Positions 1 through 11,257 of a DNA stretch of 64,000 nt are shown here, one piece after another. The translations under genes and the position numbers were made by a program. The DNA comes from Rhizodiscina lignyota (lineage: Eukaryota), in NCBI GenBank assembly GCA_010015805.1, contig ML978126.1, forward strand, positions 1,922,001 through 1,986,000, in the 5' to 3' direction. The notes beneath the pieces were generated by a model, which made no database searches, had not been told where the DNA came from, and saw only the letters and a list, made by a program, of their open reading frames with translations. How positions within the stretch are numbered: position 1 is the stretch's first letter; each line of letters starts with the position of its first letter.

Positions 1-1005
1 TGCCAGTAAGCAATGTAGCCGTCGTCTCGCTGCCTGCCACTACGAGAGTGATGCCGTTTTCGTACAGCTCGGGTGGAGTGAGCTGATCTTCTTTGTTTTT
101 GTTTAGCAACAAATAATTGAACACATCGTTCCTGTCGGGAACGTAGCCCTGCTCGACGCGCTTGTCAACGAGTTCCTTGGTGTACTGATCCATGTCCAAT
201 TTCGGTTTCATGAACGACTTTGGTATCACAGGCTTGAGGAGCGACAAGATCCCGTACCATTCAAGCTGCTGCATCTGCAGACCAAGAGAGACACCGTCGA
301 AGACGGTCTTGACGAAAAAGTGATACTCGCCACCGCGGTCAAGGCAGTGAAATGCTTCTCCAAAGGCAAAGTCGCCTGTGAGATCGAACGTCGTGAAGTT
401 GAACCATGCCGACATATCTTGCACAGGGTTCTTCTGCACTACCGCCTTAAGCTGCGTGACCAGGAGATCTGCGTACTTCATGAGCATGGCTGCTTGCTCT
501 TCCACAGCTTTGGGCGTGAATGCTGGGCCATAGATCCTTCGCAGTCGAGCATGTTTAGCATCGTCGGCATGAATAATTCCGCTTTCAAAGCCCGGCTGTC
601 GCGGTGTATAGGCGTACGGGTCCTTCTGGTTCTGCACTCGACCGCTCTGCATCCCGTAAATGTCGTTCCAAGCGTGCGGGTCGGTAAATGCCAGCTCGTC
701 TGGGGCTATTCGCACGACTGGCCCATACTTGCGGTGGAATTCCAAGACCTTAAATGGGAGACGACCTCTGATATTGTTCAGCGCGAATGGAACGCGATAT
801 GCAGCCCATAGCTTGGGGCCAGGATAGCGACTCAGTGGGTGGAAGTAGGCGTGATAGATTCCCCACGAAAGTATCCAAATGAAGGCCTTAAGAGTAAATC
901 AGCTTGATTAACAAGACAGTTTATATGCATACGGCGTACGGCGAATGCCAAGAGCGCAATGGCGTTTAATGAATTAAGGCTATGCGAGAATCCCGTTATA
1001 GCCAT
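1..1005 (-). CDS. Cytochrome P450, CYP65/Tri11-like; 5' part only, runs off window start
   Basis: Manual translation: MAITGFSHSLNSLNAIALLAFA, intron 887-939 (GTACGC...AAG), then YFHPLSRYPGPKLW...HRKYGPVVRIAPDELAFTDPHAWNDIYG and I-helix ITLVVAGSETTATLL near base 1. Absent from the ORF track. Confidence 0.9.
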
Positions 1006-2374
1006 GTTGAAGTTTGCGTCTGCGGATTGTAGCTCGTTGTGGAGGTTTTAAAATAAGAGCAATGCGAAGAGGTGAAAAGTCCTCAACCCAATACTAGCAT
1101 CAGGATCAGCCAAGTTTTGTATAAAATAAGGCCTTGAGCGCTGTGTACACCCACTTTTAGTCATGCAGGTCAGCTCGGAGAGTTTCACTGACGAATTCAA
1201 GAGCATCTCCGATGCACAGTTGTGGGGTGCGTTTTTTACCTTACCTCAGGAGGTCCAGGATTGAAACGCCTGGGGGATTTGGGCACTAAGCCTATCTAAT
1301 ATCAATATACGATTAATAAGGAGCCTGATACGTAGAGTTAAACATTTCCACATGCAAGAGGCTTACTTACGTAAGCCCTTGAGCGACGACATGGACGGTG
1401 GGATTGATCCGTATAGGGCAAGCGAACTGATGAGCAATGTTCAAGTTGGGAAATCCGTTCGCTGGCCAAAACCATTTTACATATCTACTGAACGACGGAG
1501 AAAGAATGACAGGTACAGTACTTACTGGTACGAACTTGATATATACATTCTATGATAATTTGCCAGAAGTTAGCATTAGACAAAATAAAAGTGTCAGCTA
1601 CCTTCGGTGAACAGGGGAAATTTGAGAGGTGGAGATGACCCACCTTTTCGATGTTGCAGAGGCTTAACAGAGGATGCAAGGGCGGATGTATAGGCGGATT
1701 CTCAAGCCTGATACCCCACACGATATCTTTTCGCCATCATGTGCGCTGAGCTTAATTGGAGTTCATCAGAGAGGCCAGCGACAGATATGGAAAATGGTCA
1801 GTCGCTGAGCTCCTCAGGACGAGCGTGCGTGGTCTATTATGTATGGAAGTCGATGCAGGTTGCAGCACGCATCTACGGCCGTATTTATTGTTTCCCACCC
1901 CGCTCCTTTTCATCTTCTTCCGGAAGACAGACGAGCTTCGTCGGTTGGGTTTTCTCCACTTACGCAGCTTGCGTTTCCGCTTTTTTGCCTAGACTGATGA
2001 AGCAAGTCGATTTCTGTGTATCGATGCTAGATTTTCTGCCGACTCTACTCTTTTCTCCCACATGCATCGAACCACCAGCTCGACACGTTAGAATGTTACA
2101 TAAGCGTTCGCACCACAGGTTTTCGTTTTTTTGAAGGTTTCGTGTGATGCATTTGCCGCATCACATTCTTGCCTCTTTTCCCTGCATCAACTGGCGTATC
2201 ATGATGGGTCTTGCGTGTCATCTATTAAAAATTTAACAACCTTGGTCCAGAGTAGAGAGAAGTGTTGATACAGGAATATAGTAGCCGTGCGATTCGGAGA
2301 TCAAATCGAAAGCTCGAGGAGTGTTTGTCCTGCCCATCATGCAACCGTACTCTTACACCGGCGAAATATCCATT

Positions 2375-4033
2375 TCACCCCAAACACAGCGCTTGCCTCA
2401 TAGCATGCTCGAATTTGGCCTGATAATCGGGAGGCTGCCTCCTCTCGCGCCACGCCACAAAATCATCCGGACGCACAAGCAGAGCACCTCTCGAGGAGAT
2501 TCCTGCGGCAGATTCGAAAGTACCCTTCGGAGCAACAAGACCGCCTTCCGGTCCGACGCAGTATGCGGTAATCTCGACGCCTAGAACAGAAGACACTTCC
2601 TTCACAGCATTCAACCACTCTTTCCCATCCGCGCCAGCCAGTAGTACAAAGCTCTTTCCTAGTAGGTCAAGGGTTGAGATGCGTTTCCCTTGATGGTCAA
2701 CCCATACATGAGGCGCTCTCCTTCCAGGTCTTCCATCGATCGAGAGGAATAAGCTCGGTAAAGTCCATGGCCTCCAGGTTAATCCTCCAAGCGGAGAAGT
2801 GTCTTCCGCGCAAATCGCCCTGCTCGTATAACCATATCCAAACCCGGAAACCAAAGGCATGCTCCTCAACATGCTTATCACAAATGCCAGATTCCATTGT
2901 ACAGAGATGATTCCCTTCTCATCAGCAGCGCTTGCTGATACCTCAGCGGCCTCCCGTCCAACAGGGATCCTCTCCACATCATACGTCTCGAGTAACGTCT
3001 CATTGGCATGTCCATTCAGTACCGCAGCAAGCTTCCAGGCAAGGTTGTTAGCATCTCCAATTCCTGAATTCGCGCCCTGTCCTCTCCAAGGGGGCATCTG
3101 ATGCGCTGCGTCGCCGGCAAGGAAGATACGTCCGTTTTTTAAACGTTCTGCGATTCGTACAGACGGTTCCCAGGGAAGGATACTCTTAATATCAATCTCG
3201 ATGTCCGGTATACCCAATGCAATACGGAGCAATTCTTTGCATCTATCGGGTGTGAAATCCGAAGCCTTCTCGCCTTTGGACGGGTCGTATGAGAGCTGGA
3301 AGACCCAGCGATCGCTATTGTTGATTGATGCGAACAAGCCGGTCACTTCGGGCCGTTTGATGGCACATAGAGAGAATTCGCGTTGCTGAACAAGCTCTTT
3401 CAGGTCTGCGTGGAAGAGAATGTTCATTAAATGACCCATTGTCCCCTGCCCGGTTACTCGGACGCCGAGGTGAGCGCGGATGGGACTCTTTGCTCCATCT
3501 GCAGCAATGAGATAGTCTGCACGAACAATGGATGTAACACCGCTCTCTCGATCCCTCAAGGTTGCTGTGACACTGTCGCCATGTTGCTCAACCCCAACGC
3601 ATTCGATATAAAACCGGACGTCACCCCCATGTTGTCTTGCAGCGTCCACCAGAACTGGCTCAATCATGTCCTGAGTGACAAACGCGCCAGATACTGGACT
3701 TATGGTTGCAGATAGTCCGCGCAGTGGAAGCTTCCTGACACCTTTTGTGCGCTGTTTCGCTTCGATGACCTCTTTGAGAGATTGTCCAGTATGCATACCG
3801 AAAGTAGCTGACATTGAGGCACCTGCTTCGCGAACAAGATCGTCAATTCCAAGGTGGCGGAAAAGCTCCATAGTTCGTGCATTGACGCTCCGCGCGCGTG
3901 GATGAATTGATGTTCCCGAGTGGCGCTCTATGGCCAACGAATGGACGCCATGGCGCGAGAGACATAGCGAGGCCGAGAGCCCTACGATGCCGCCTCCAAT
4001 GATTAGGACGGGAACATGTGTTGGGAGGGTCAT
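2375..4033 (-). CDS. FAD-dependent aromatic monooxygenase (FAD_binding_3, PheA/TfdB-like), intronless
   Basis: 552 aa ORF with GGGIVG Rossmann motif, YLIAADGAKS, RIFLAGDAAHQMPP, NLAWKLA and C-terminal GALLVRPDDFVAWR. Confidence 0.92.
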   Translation of the reverse strand: MTLPTHVPVLIIGGGIVGLSASLCLSRHGVHSLAIERHSGTSIHPRARSVNARTMELFRHLGIDDLVREAGASMSATFGMHTGQSLKEVIEAKQRTKGVRKLPLRGLSATISPVSGAFVTQDMIEPVLVDAARQHGGDVRFYIECVGVEQHGDSVTATLRDRESGVTSIVRADYLIAADGAKSPIRAHLGVRVTGQGTMGHLMNILFHADLKELVQQREFSLCAIKRPEVTGLFASINNSDRWVFQLSYDPSKGEKASDFTPDRCKELLRIALGIPDIEIDIKSILPWEPSVRIAERLKNGRIFLAGDAAHQMPPWRGQGANSGIGDANNLAWKLAAVLNGHANETLLETYDVERIPVGREAAEVSASAADEKGIISVQWNLAFVISMLRSMPLVSGFGYGYTSRAICAEDTSPLGGLTWRPWTLPSLFLSIDGRPGRRAPHVWVDHQGKRISTLDLLGKSFVLLAGADGKEWLNAVKEVSSVLGVEITAYCVGPEGGLVAPKGTFESAAGISSRGALLVRPDDFVAWRERRQPPDYQAKFEHAMRQALCLG

Positions 4034-5377
4034 GATAGTTGAAATTTAGCGTAAAGGAGACAAGATGTGTGAACGAAAGGAAAGACGAGAAAGACTCTGT
4101 ATTTATCTTCCGGTCGCGGAATGTGGCTTCAGGCAGTGAGGCTTTCACCACGTAACCCTTCGTAACTTCAGCTCCATATCGTTACGACGGAAACGGTACT
4201 TGAAAATCGGGCCGGTACCGCTAAGGAATGGACAATACAGCGAAAGCTCGACAACTGTGTTTGGAAATTTGGGTTCGAGTACCGTGGTGCTAGAAGAAAG
4301 AGAGCGACGGGGGGCAAAACGGCACAGGTAATCGTGGGGGCGCATGTTGTTGTATGATGCGTACATACATCCCATCGGGTCGAAGGAGTAATAAGGATGC
4401 CAGCACGGGGGAAATTTGCATGACTAAGCAGCCAGCCACCGTTGCCCTATCAGTGCCTAACGAACAACTCTCCTCTTCTCCGGTGAGTCACGCTGTTCTC
4501 TACCTGCAGGTTTGACTGTGCTACGTCTTTAATGACAAGCTGCAATGAGCATCGGTGACGCGGCGAGCAGAACCTGCACAATCTAAACGTGCGCAGCCTT
4601 TGAACTTTCGTCATCTGGCGACATGAAGCCACTTAAGCAGAAGCGCATTGTTGATGCAGCGCATGCTATGCATCAAGTTGAGAATATTTCGATAAAGAGC
4701 TCAGTACTTTGACACCATGTGCCTGCATATAACTTGAGGTTGGGTGACCGAGAGCATTACGCGCCGTCAATATGGGTTGATATCCCTTGAATCTGTTTGA
4801 GGCCAAGTCTCCTGATGTTTGTCCATCAATAGTATCTCAGGAGGAGTTTTTATGCGGTTCGTTCTATAGAAAATGGCTTTCTCCCGTCCCACATTTTGCT
4901 GGTAACCGAGCATGCCAACGAATGTCTGGTCCGCAGCTTTCATCCAGCGGCCCAGCCTCACAGCATTCGAGCAGCAAGCACAACTCAGTGTGATACTACT
5001 CAATACAGAGTACGTAATCATTCCAACTTCAACATAACACAGAACAGAATTACGATAGCTCCAAAGATTATACAGACCGAAGTCATCCAATGCATCTATC
5101 CAATTGTATGATTAAAGCTCTTCAATGTGAGTGATCGAGACTGATACTGACGCGGACTCTAGAGTACTGAGATCAGTAATGACAATGGGAGCAGAATCTT
5201 GACATTTATAAGTATAGCACCTCTATAGACTCAAATGTGACCCGAATCGGCATTAGTCAAGATCGAGTCCACCGATTATCTAGTCGCTATTAGGCTCTCA
5301 TTCGACTATATATAAAACGTTGCCACGTGGTTACAAAAGGTCGACTACGCTAGGTAGAGTTCATGCTCCATGTAATG

Positions 5378-7203
5378 CTAGGGTATCAATTTAGGCAATA
5401 AGTCGCCTTGAGACTGCTTTTCCGTACCCTGCGACGCGTCTCTGGACTCTTCTGCAGGGCGTACCTTTCGCCCTTTGAATCTGATCCAGCGCTCAAACGT
5501 CGGCCACGAAATCAACCAGTATGGTGTTGTTATCTCATGATTCTTCGTAGCAAAAGCACGCTTCCAATCACCCTCTGTCTCTATCGTAGCGTTCGCGACA
5601 ATGAGTTTGAAAGCTAAGAAAATGTGCGCGCGAGGGTTGTCCATAATAGAGCGCTGCTCCAGCGAGAAGATTTGTTGGACAAGCTCTTGCGTTTCGCATT
5701 CCAGTTGAGGTCCTGACGCTGGTCGGAGAGCCGCAGCGAAACGATTCAGGATAACCATGTTAGTCATGTATATGCCCAATGACTCCATGCGCCGATCATA
5801 TTGAGCCATTGCCTCTCGCTCCGGAGCCTCAAGAACGATGGCGCGAGTGAGGCTGTCATAATATTCCCGCCAGGACTTCAGCTCAGAGCGCGCATGGTCT
5901 ACGCGTGCTATAAGGCTTGATAGTTTTTGAGAAGTCATTTGATTGGGCGAGCGGATGGCATCCTCGACGTCGTTGAAGAGGCGAGGAATCGAGACTATGC
6001 GTAACCACAGCGATATCAGGACCTCACTGCAGTATGAAAATGTCGTGTATTCCAGTACAGCCGACGAGACTACCGCCTTCCATTCGCTGTCGTCGAGGAA
6101 ACATGGTTCAGCGGATATAATCGACTCTGTCCACTACACGAGTATCAGCATTGCCAAGAAAAAGACGCCCAGCATCATGAATAACCAATTAACGTACTAT
6201 CGAGCCAGACAGACCAAGCAGGAGAGCTTTCTCGAAATCAGTTTGAAATCGCTCCGGGCCTCGTAGCTTTATCAGCGCGCTTGCACCAGCCACATGCTTA
6301 GTCCATGCACGAATGGACGAAAAGTCCAGTAACTGCGACACTAATGTGAGAATTCGGGGTACTACTTGCTTAAACGAGCGAGGTGGAAGAAAGTACCTCA
6401 TAGATTGCAAGGATCTCTGTGGCGCACAACACATCTGCATCAAGCCGCCGTTTAGGGTCGTCCAGGGAGGTCTGAAGAGTTCTCAATGCGGTCGTATAGA
6501 AGTGCATGACGGACTTATCGGGCACAACCACCGAGCCATTCACGTACTGCCGCACCCTGACAGCGATGCAATGGACAGCAGCATCCAAGCATGCGCTTTG
6601 CCCGTAGTGCACAGGCAAGTAATCAAAATAGGACCATTGACGACATTTCAGAACGTCCATGAGGCTCTGAGGCTTCTTCTTCAGAGCGTGAACGGCCGGC
6701 TGGCCGATATGAAAGCTGGTCAACGCGGAGAGGTCGAGGAGGTCAAAGTTATATTCAACCCTCATCATCTCATAGCCAATAACTGGGATGGGCCGTGGCA
6801 GCGCCATCGTGTGCTTGCAGAGTTGAAATACCTTCGCATACCCAATGAAATCACCTCCGAATTGCTTGCGATACTCTCCGAAATGGACTGCTAGAGGATC
6901 GCCGGGACTTGGCTCAGGAGCTTGTATTAAATGAGCATCGTTAGGGCTCTGGCTTGACGGATCGGTCTCGCCTTCTTTGGCACCCACAGGTTCGTCCGCT
7001 GCTACATCTTCTGGGAGCTGTCCCAGGTTCACTTTGCCGTAGTTCCCCTTTTCCTTTCGCGCAGACGCTGCCTTGCTCATTGCCTGCCGCCTGATTTGCT
7101 TACGGACCGTTCCGGATTTGGGGAACGTCGCGTTTGAAGAAGTAACGAAGAGCAATGGCGTTCCATTGGAGCCACCGTGACCGTTGATCTTGGTCGAGGG
7201 CAT
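5378..7203 (-). CDS. Fungal-specific transcription-factor-like protein with no Zn2Cys6 cluster visible; 3 exons
   Basis: Basic N-terminal RKQIRRQAMSK; YGQSACLDAAV, LCATEILAIYE / WTKHVAGASALIKLRGP / EPCFLDDSEW motifs. Introns 6333-6396 and about 6134-6197 join the ORF fragments in frame. Confidence 0.7.
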
Positions 7204-7958
7204 TCTGATGCGTAAGAAGAGGTGGTAAGACGGCAAGATGCCGCTTCGGTGGTAATACTAAAGAAAAGGGACGTCAACGCGGATTGAACTTATGAAAGAG
7301 CTCCGCAGTCTTTGACACATTTCGATGATACTCATGATGAGCTAATCCTCCGTAGCAGAGCCCCGTTGTGGCGAGTAATACACTACCTATGCCTCTGTCA
7401 GTCGGAAGGACTTGATGTCTCGAAGTTGGACGGGATCGACGTAATAGCCGAGCAGGGGCACTGACTGCTAAATTTGGCATAGCTCCATACCATTTCGAAC
7501 CTAGTGCGTCTGGCTTAACAAAGCTTCGCCTTGCGGCTGGATCAGATAAATGCATAATGGAAGGACCTTCCGCCGACTTTTGAGAATACTCCCAGCTCTC
7601 TTTGCTCTTCGATTACGAAACAAATGGGCGTAACCAAATATCGTCAATTGACAAGGCTACTGGCTACCTCGTGTAGCAATATTCGAAACCGGCAGAATCA
7701 AGCGAAGAGACGAAGAGACGAAATGCTCATCAACAACGTTACCAGCGTGGAGGATCATGCCAAATACTCTCAATTACTGTAGAATATCGAAGAGATGAAT
7801 CCACTGAACGCGAGCTATAAGTATGGCTTCGTCGGACCTCAAATTGATGTCTCGACCGGACAGCAAAGCATCAAGAGCAATCAGATCTCGAAACGCAACG
7901 AACCATAGGTATCCTCGGATCAAAGGTACGCCACGAGCGTCCAGAATCAGATCTCACA

Positions 7959-8646
7959 ATGGCCACGCCAACAACTATTGACGACCTCGTCGAACGCAAC
8001 AAAGAGCTTGCGAAGTCGTACACTCCAAGACCATTCTTCACTGAATTCGCAGCGATGGGCATCCCGATGCCGAAGATCCTCATTGTTACCTGCGCCGATC
8101 CGCGCTGTGTACCTGAGTCGTTCCTGGGGCTCAAGGGGGCCGAAGCTGCAGTGTTCCGCAACGTCTGCGGACATGTTGGCCCTGAGATGCACCACATTCT
8201 GGCGCTAGATACGATCATCAACTTCGACGAGATCATGATTGTGCATCACAATGGTGAGTAGTGCCACGCACCTTGTGGGGGCCGCCCCCGATTGGACGGA
8301 GGAACAGATGGAACGTGCTGACACAGCATTTGGTGATAGATTGTGGCGGCTTCTTGATCAACGACGAGCAAGTACGGAAGGTGTTGAAGGAGCGAGTGCC
8401 AGAGCACACTGCAGAGGTCGACAAATTTGCCACTTTTGGCGGTATCACGGAGTAAGCTCTTCGCTTCGACCCCAGCTGAGGCGTCAAATTTTGAGACTAA
8501 TTCCTTCATGCAGCTTGGAACAAAGCATCAGGGACGATATTGCTGTCCTCAAAGCCTCACCGCTTATGAGGAAGGATCTCGTCAATGCCACACGCGGATT
8601 TACCTTCGATATCAAGACGGGCATGCTGAACCCGTTGGACATCTGA
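7959..8646 (+). CDS. Beta-class carbonic anhydrase (short, clade D-like); 3 exons
   Basis: Zn ligands in TCADPR and, after splicing about 8254-8339, VHHNDCG. Second intron 8452-8513. C-terminal IRDDIAVLKASP...RGFTFDIKTG. Confidence 0.88.
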
Positions 8647-8901
8647 TGGTAGCTGTTCTGTTGAGCAGATATAGAAGCATGTAGTCAGATTTTGTATCGG
8701 AATACATGACACCTAAATTGGATACCGTTCTCTCGCCAATCCATGCAATATTTGGACCGATACACCATGTGCCGTTCCCCGCTTTACAATGCAATGCACC
8801 TCTCAGCTCTACCAGATCTAATATTCTTACCAATTCTTGGGTATAATCGGGCAATATCCTCTCCGACATGTTCACTCCCAGCTTGAAGCAGAGAAAAGGG
8901 G

Positions 8902-10849
8902 CTAAATAACATACCCAGCGGAAGCAGCTTGCCTTGGCTCTCCAGCAGCCTCAAAGGTCCCGTTTGGCAACATCCGGAGCGCCTGCACACTACTCAACCC
9001 AGGTCCCACGCGCGTGATGTTGTGGCCCTTTTCTTCCAGGAATTCAACAGTAGAGTTGTCATAGTCGTATTCCAGAAACATCAGATTCGGAATAAGCTGA
9101 TCATGTAGTCGCGGCTCCGCCAGTGCATCTCGCAGCGTGTATCCTTTCAGGTGCGGAGCGCGGTCAAGGACATGCCAGATGTTCATGATAGTAGACGTGA
9201 TGATTCGACTTCCCCCTGCAGCGCCTATGTTCAGGTACAGCGAGCCATTACTCAGATGATCGACAATGATCGGAGTAATGGATGACATGGGCCGCTTTCC
9301 CCCCCGAATGTAATTCGATGGCGATGGTGCATAGCCAAACTCGTTCTGCACATGCGGAATGCTGAAGTCGTTCATCTCATCGTTCATGATAATGCCGGTC
9401 TCCGGGACCAATACCATATTGCCGAAGATAAGATTGATTGTTGTCGTTAGTGATATGGACAGCCCTGACGCATCCGAAACGACCACGTGGCTAGTGCCGT
9501 GGTCATTGAGCGGCTCAATGCCGTCCGGATTGTAAGCAGAGACGTCCAGCGTGTGTGCATCAGATATCTTGGCACGAAGAAGAGTCGCGGTTTCAGGCTT
9601 GAGCATTTCGGCCTCATAGGCTGTGACGTTGGGCAGAAACGTCGGGTCTCCTAGACTAGTGCGCTGTCCTTGCGCAAAGCGGATTGCTTCATCAAAACGG
9701 TGCGTGGAGATGTTGAGTGCTGCGGGATGGCCGGCGTCGCTGAAACCTTCAAAGATCTTCATTGCACTCAGGGCAACACCACCGCCAGCAGGAGAGCCGC
9801 ATGAGGTCAGTTTGAAGTCGCGATACGTTATGCTGACTGGCTCTCTGATCTCGACTTTGTAATCTGCCAGGTCTTGCATAGTCATGGTACCGTTAGCAGC
9901 TTGTGTCGCCGCAACCATTGTCTCCGCAATGGGCCCGGTGTAAAAAGCATCTGCTCCATGCTCTGCAATCGTCTCCAGTGTATCCGCATATCGTTTCCGC
10001 GTGATCGTTTCATTAAGTTGCAGTCTTTTCCCATTGGGTGCAAAATCAATTGCCCAATTCGGATCGGCAGAAAGAAAGCCACCGTCTGTTGGACTCATAA
10101 AGTCCATGAATCGCACTAGGTCTCCTGAGACCGGGAATCCATATCGTGATACATAAACGGCAGGCATGACGACGTCTCTCCATGGCAACGATCCATATTT
10201 ATTATGCAGGTACTCCAATCCTCGGAGCTCTCCAGGAACGGCTGACGCCAGTCCGGTCCATATTGATCCATTTATATTATCTTTGTACATGTCTTCGTAC
10301 GCGGCGGCCGGCGCTGCTTCTCGGAAGTCGATATGCTCGTATGTACCGTTGGCGCTCCTGACGAGCATGAATCTAGCGAGCACGCGACAGTTAGCAAGGA
10401 TGTCGCAATCGCACGCAATCGTCCAAGATAAGAGAGTGCCGCAAAGTCCATATTCTTTCATTTATAGCCAGCATGTTCTTGCAGAAGAGATTCTCGACGT
10501 ACCCTCCGCCTCCAAGCCCACTGTGGTACATTCCTATCGTCCCGACACAGAGCACTGTCCCGACGAGTGCGTCCGCTGCATTGCCACCCGCCTTCAGCAG
10601 ATCGATGCCAATGTTCGTACAGATTGAATTCTCTGAAGCAACAGCGCCGAGTTTGCCAGCTTCATGCTGTCCGCCATCCGCGCTATATGATGCACGATGT
10701 GGTCCTGAGAGTGCAACTTGAGTCCCCAGCGCCGCAGTGAGGAAGTGAGATGCGTGTCGAATGCCTTCCACGACCCTCTGCTTGAGAGGAAGCCATGAGG
10801 GTGAGAGGTCGGCAGTATGGCGACTGAAGGTAGACAGATGAGGCGCCAT
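8902..10849 (-). CDS. Gamma-glutamyltranspeptidase; 2 exons
   Basis: GAVASE...GGNAADA...SGLGGGG, intron 10373-10502, FMLVR...IDFREAAP, autocleavage site HGTSHVVV, GIIMNDEMNDFS, KRPMSS, GAAGGSRI. Start codon uncertain. Confidence 0.92.
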
Positions 10850-11257
10850 CGTCGTTTACATCGATGGACACCTGTAAACGACGTAAAGGTAAGGCAGAGT
10901 CTGCTGAGGAATCCATTATGTCCTGCGCCGGCGAGGATTTGTCGTGCCGCTGCCGGAAGACAGCGAACTAAGCGGATAAGCTTAAAATGTTATCTCTCTT
11001 ATCACGTTTTACCCAATGCGGTTAGTAGTCTTTCTCGATCTCTATGCAAGAGAATTCAATTACGAAATAACAGAAGACTCTTTATACAAAGACCAAAAAA
11101 AAAATTACCAGTCACGGCATTTTGCCATTTCCATCCAAGTCGCTATTATCTCAAAATACCTCCCTCCTGTGTTACCAAAAATTTCAACCAGAGCGAACCA
11201 TCCACCGAGACCCAAAGGAAATGCGTACACATCTGATCTGATCTGATCGGATTAACA

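Noticed and set aside
320..811. 163-aa plus-strand ORF
   Set aside because: Antisense shadow of the P450.
3070..3100. PPWRGQG instead of the usual PPxGGxG in the monooxygenase
   Set aside because: A single substitution whose effect cannot be judged from sequence alone.
4400..5370. Short ORFs between the monooxygenase and the regulator
   Set aside because: No motifs and no convincing gene structure.
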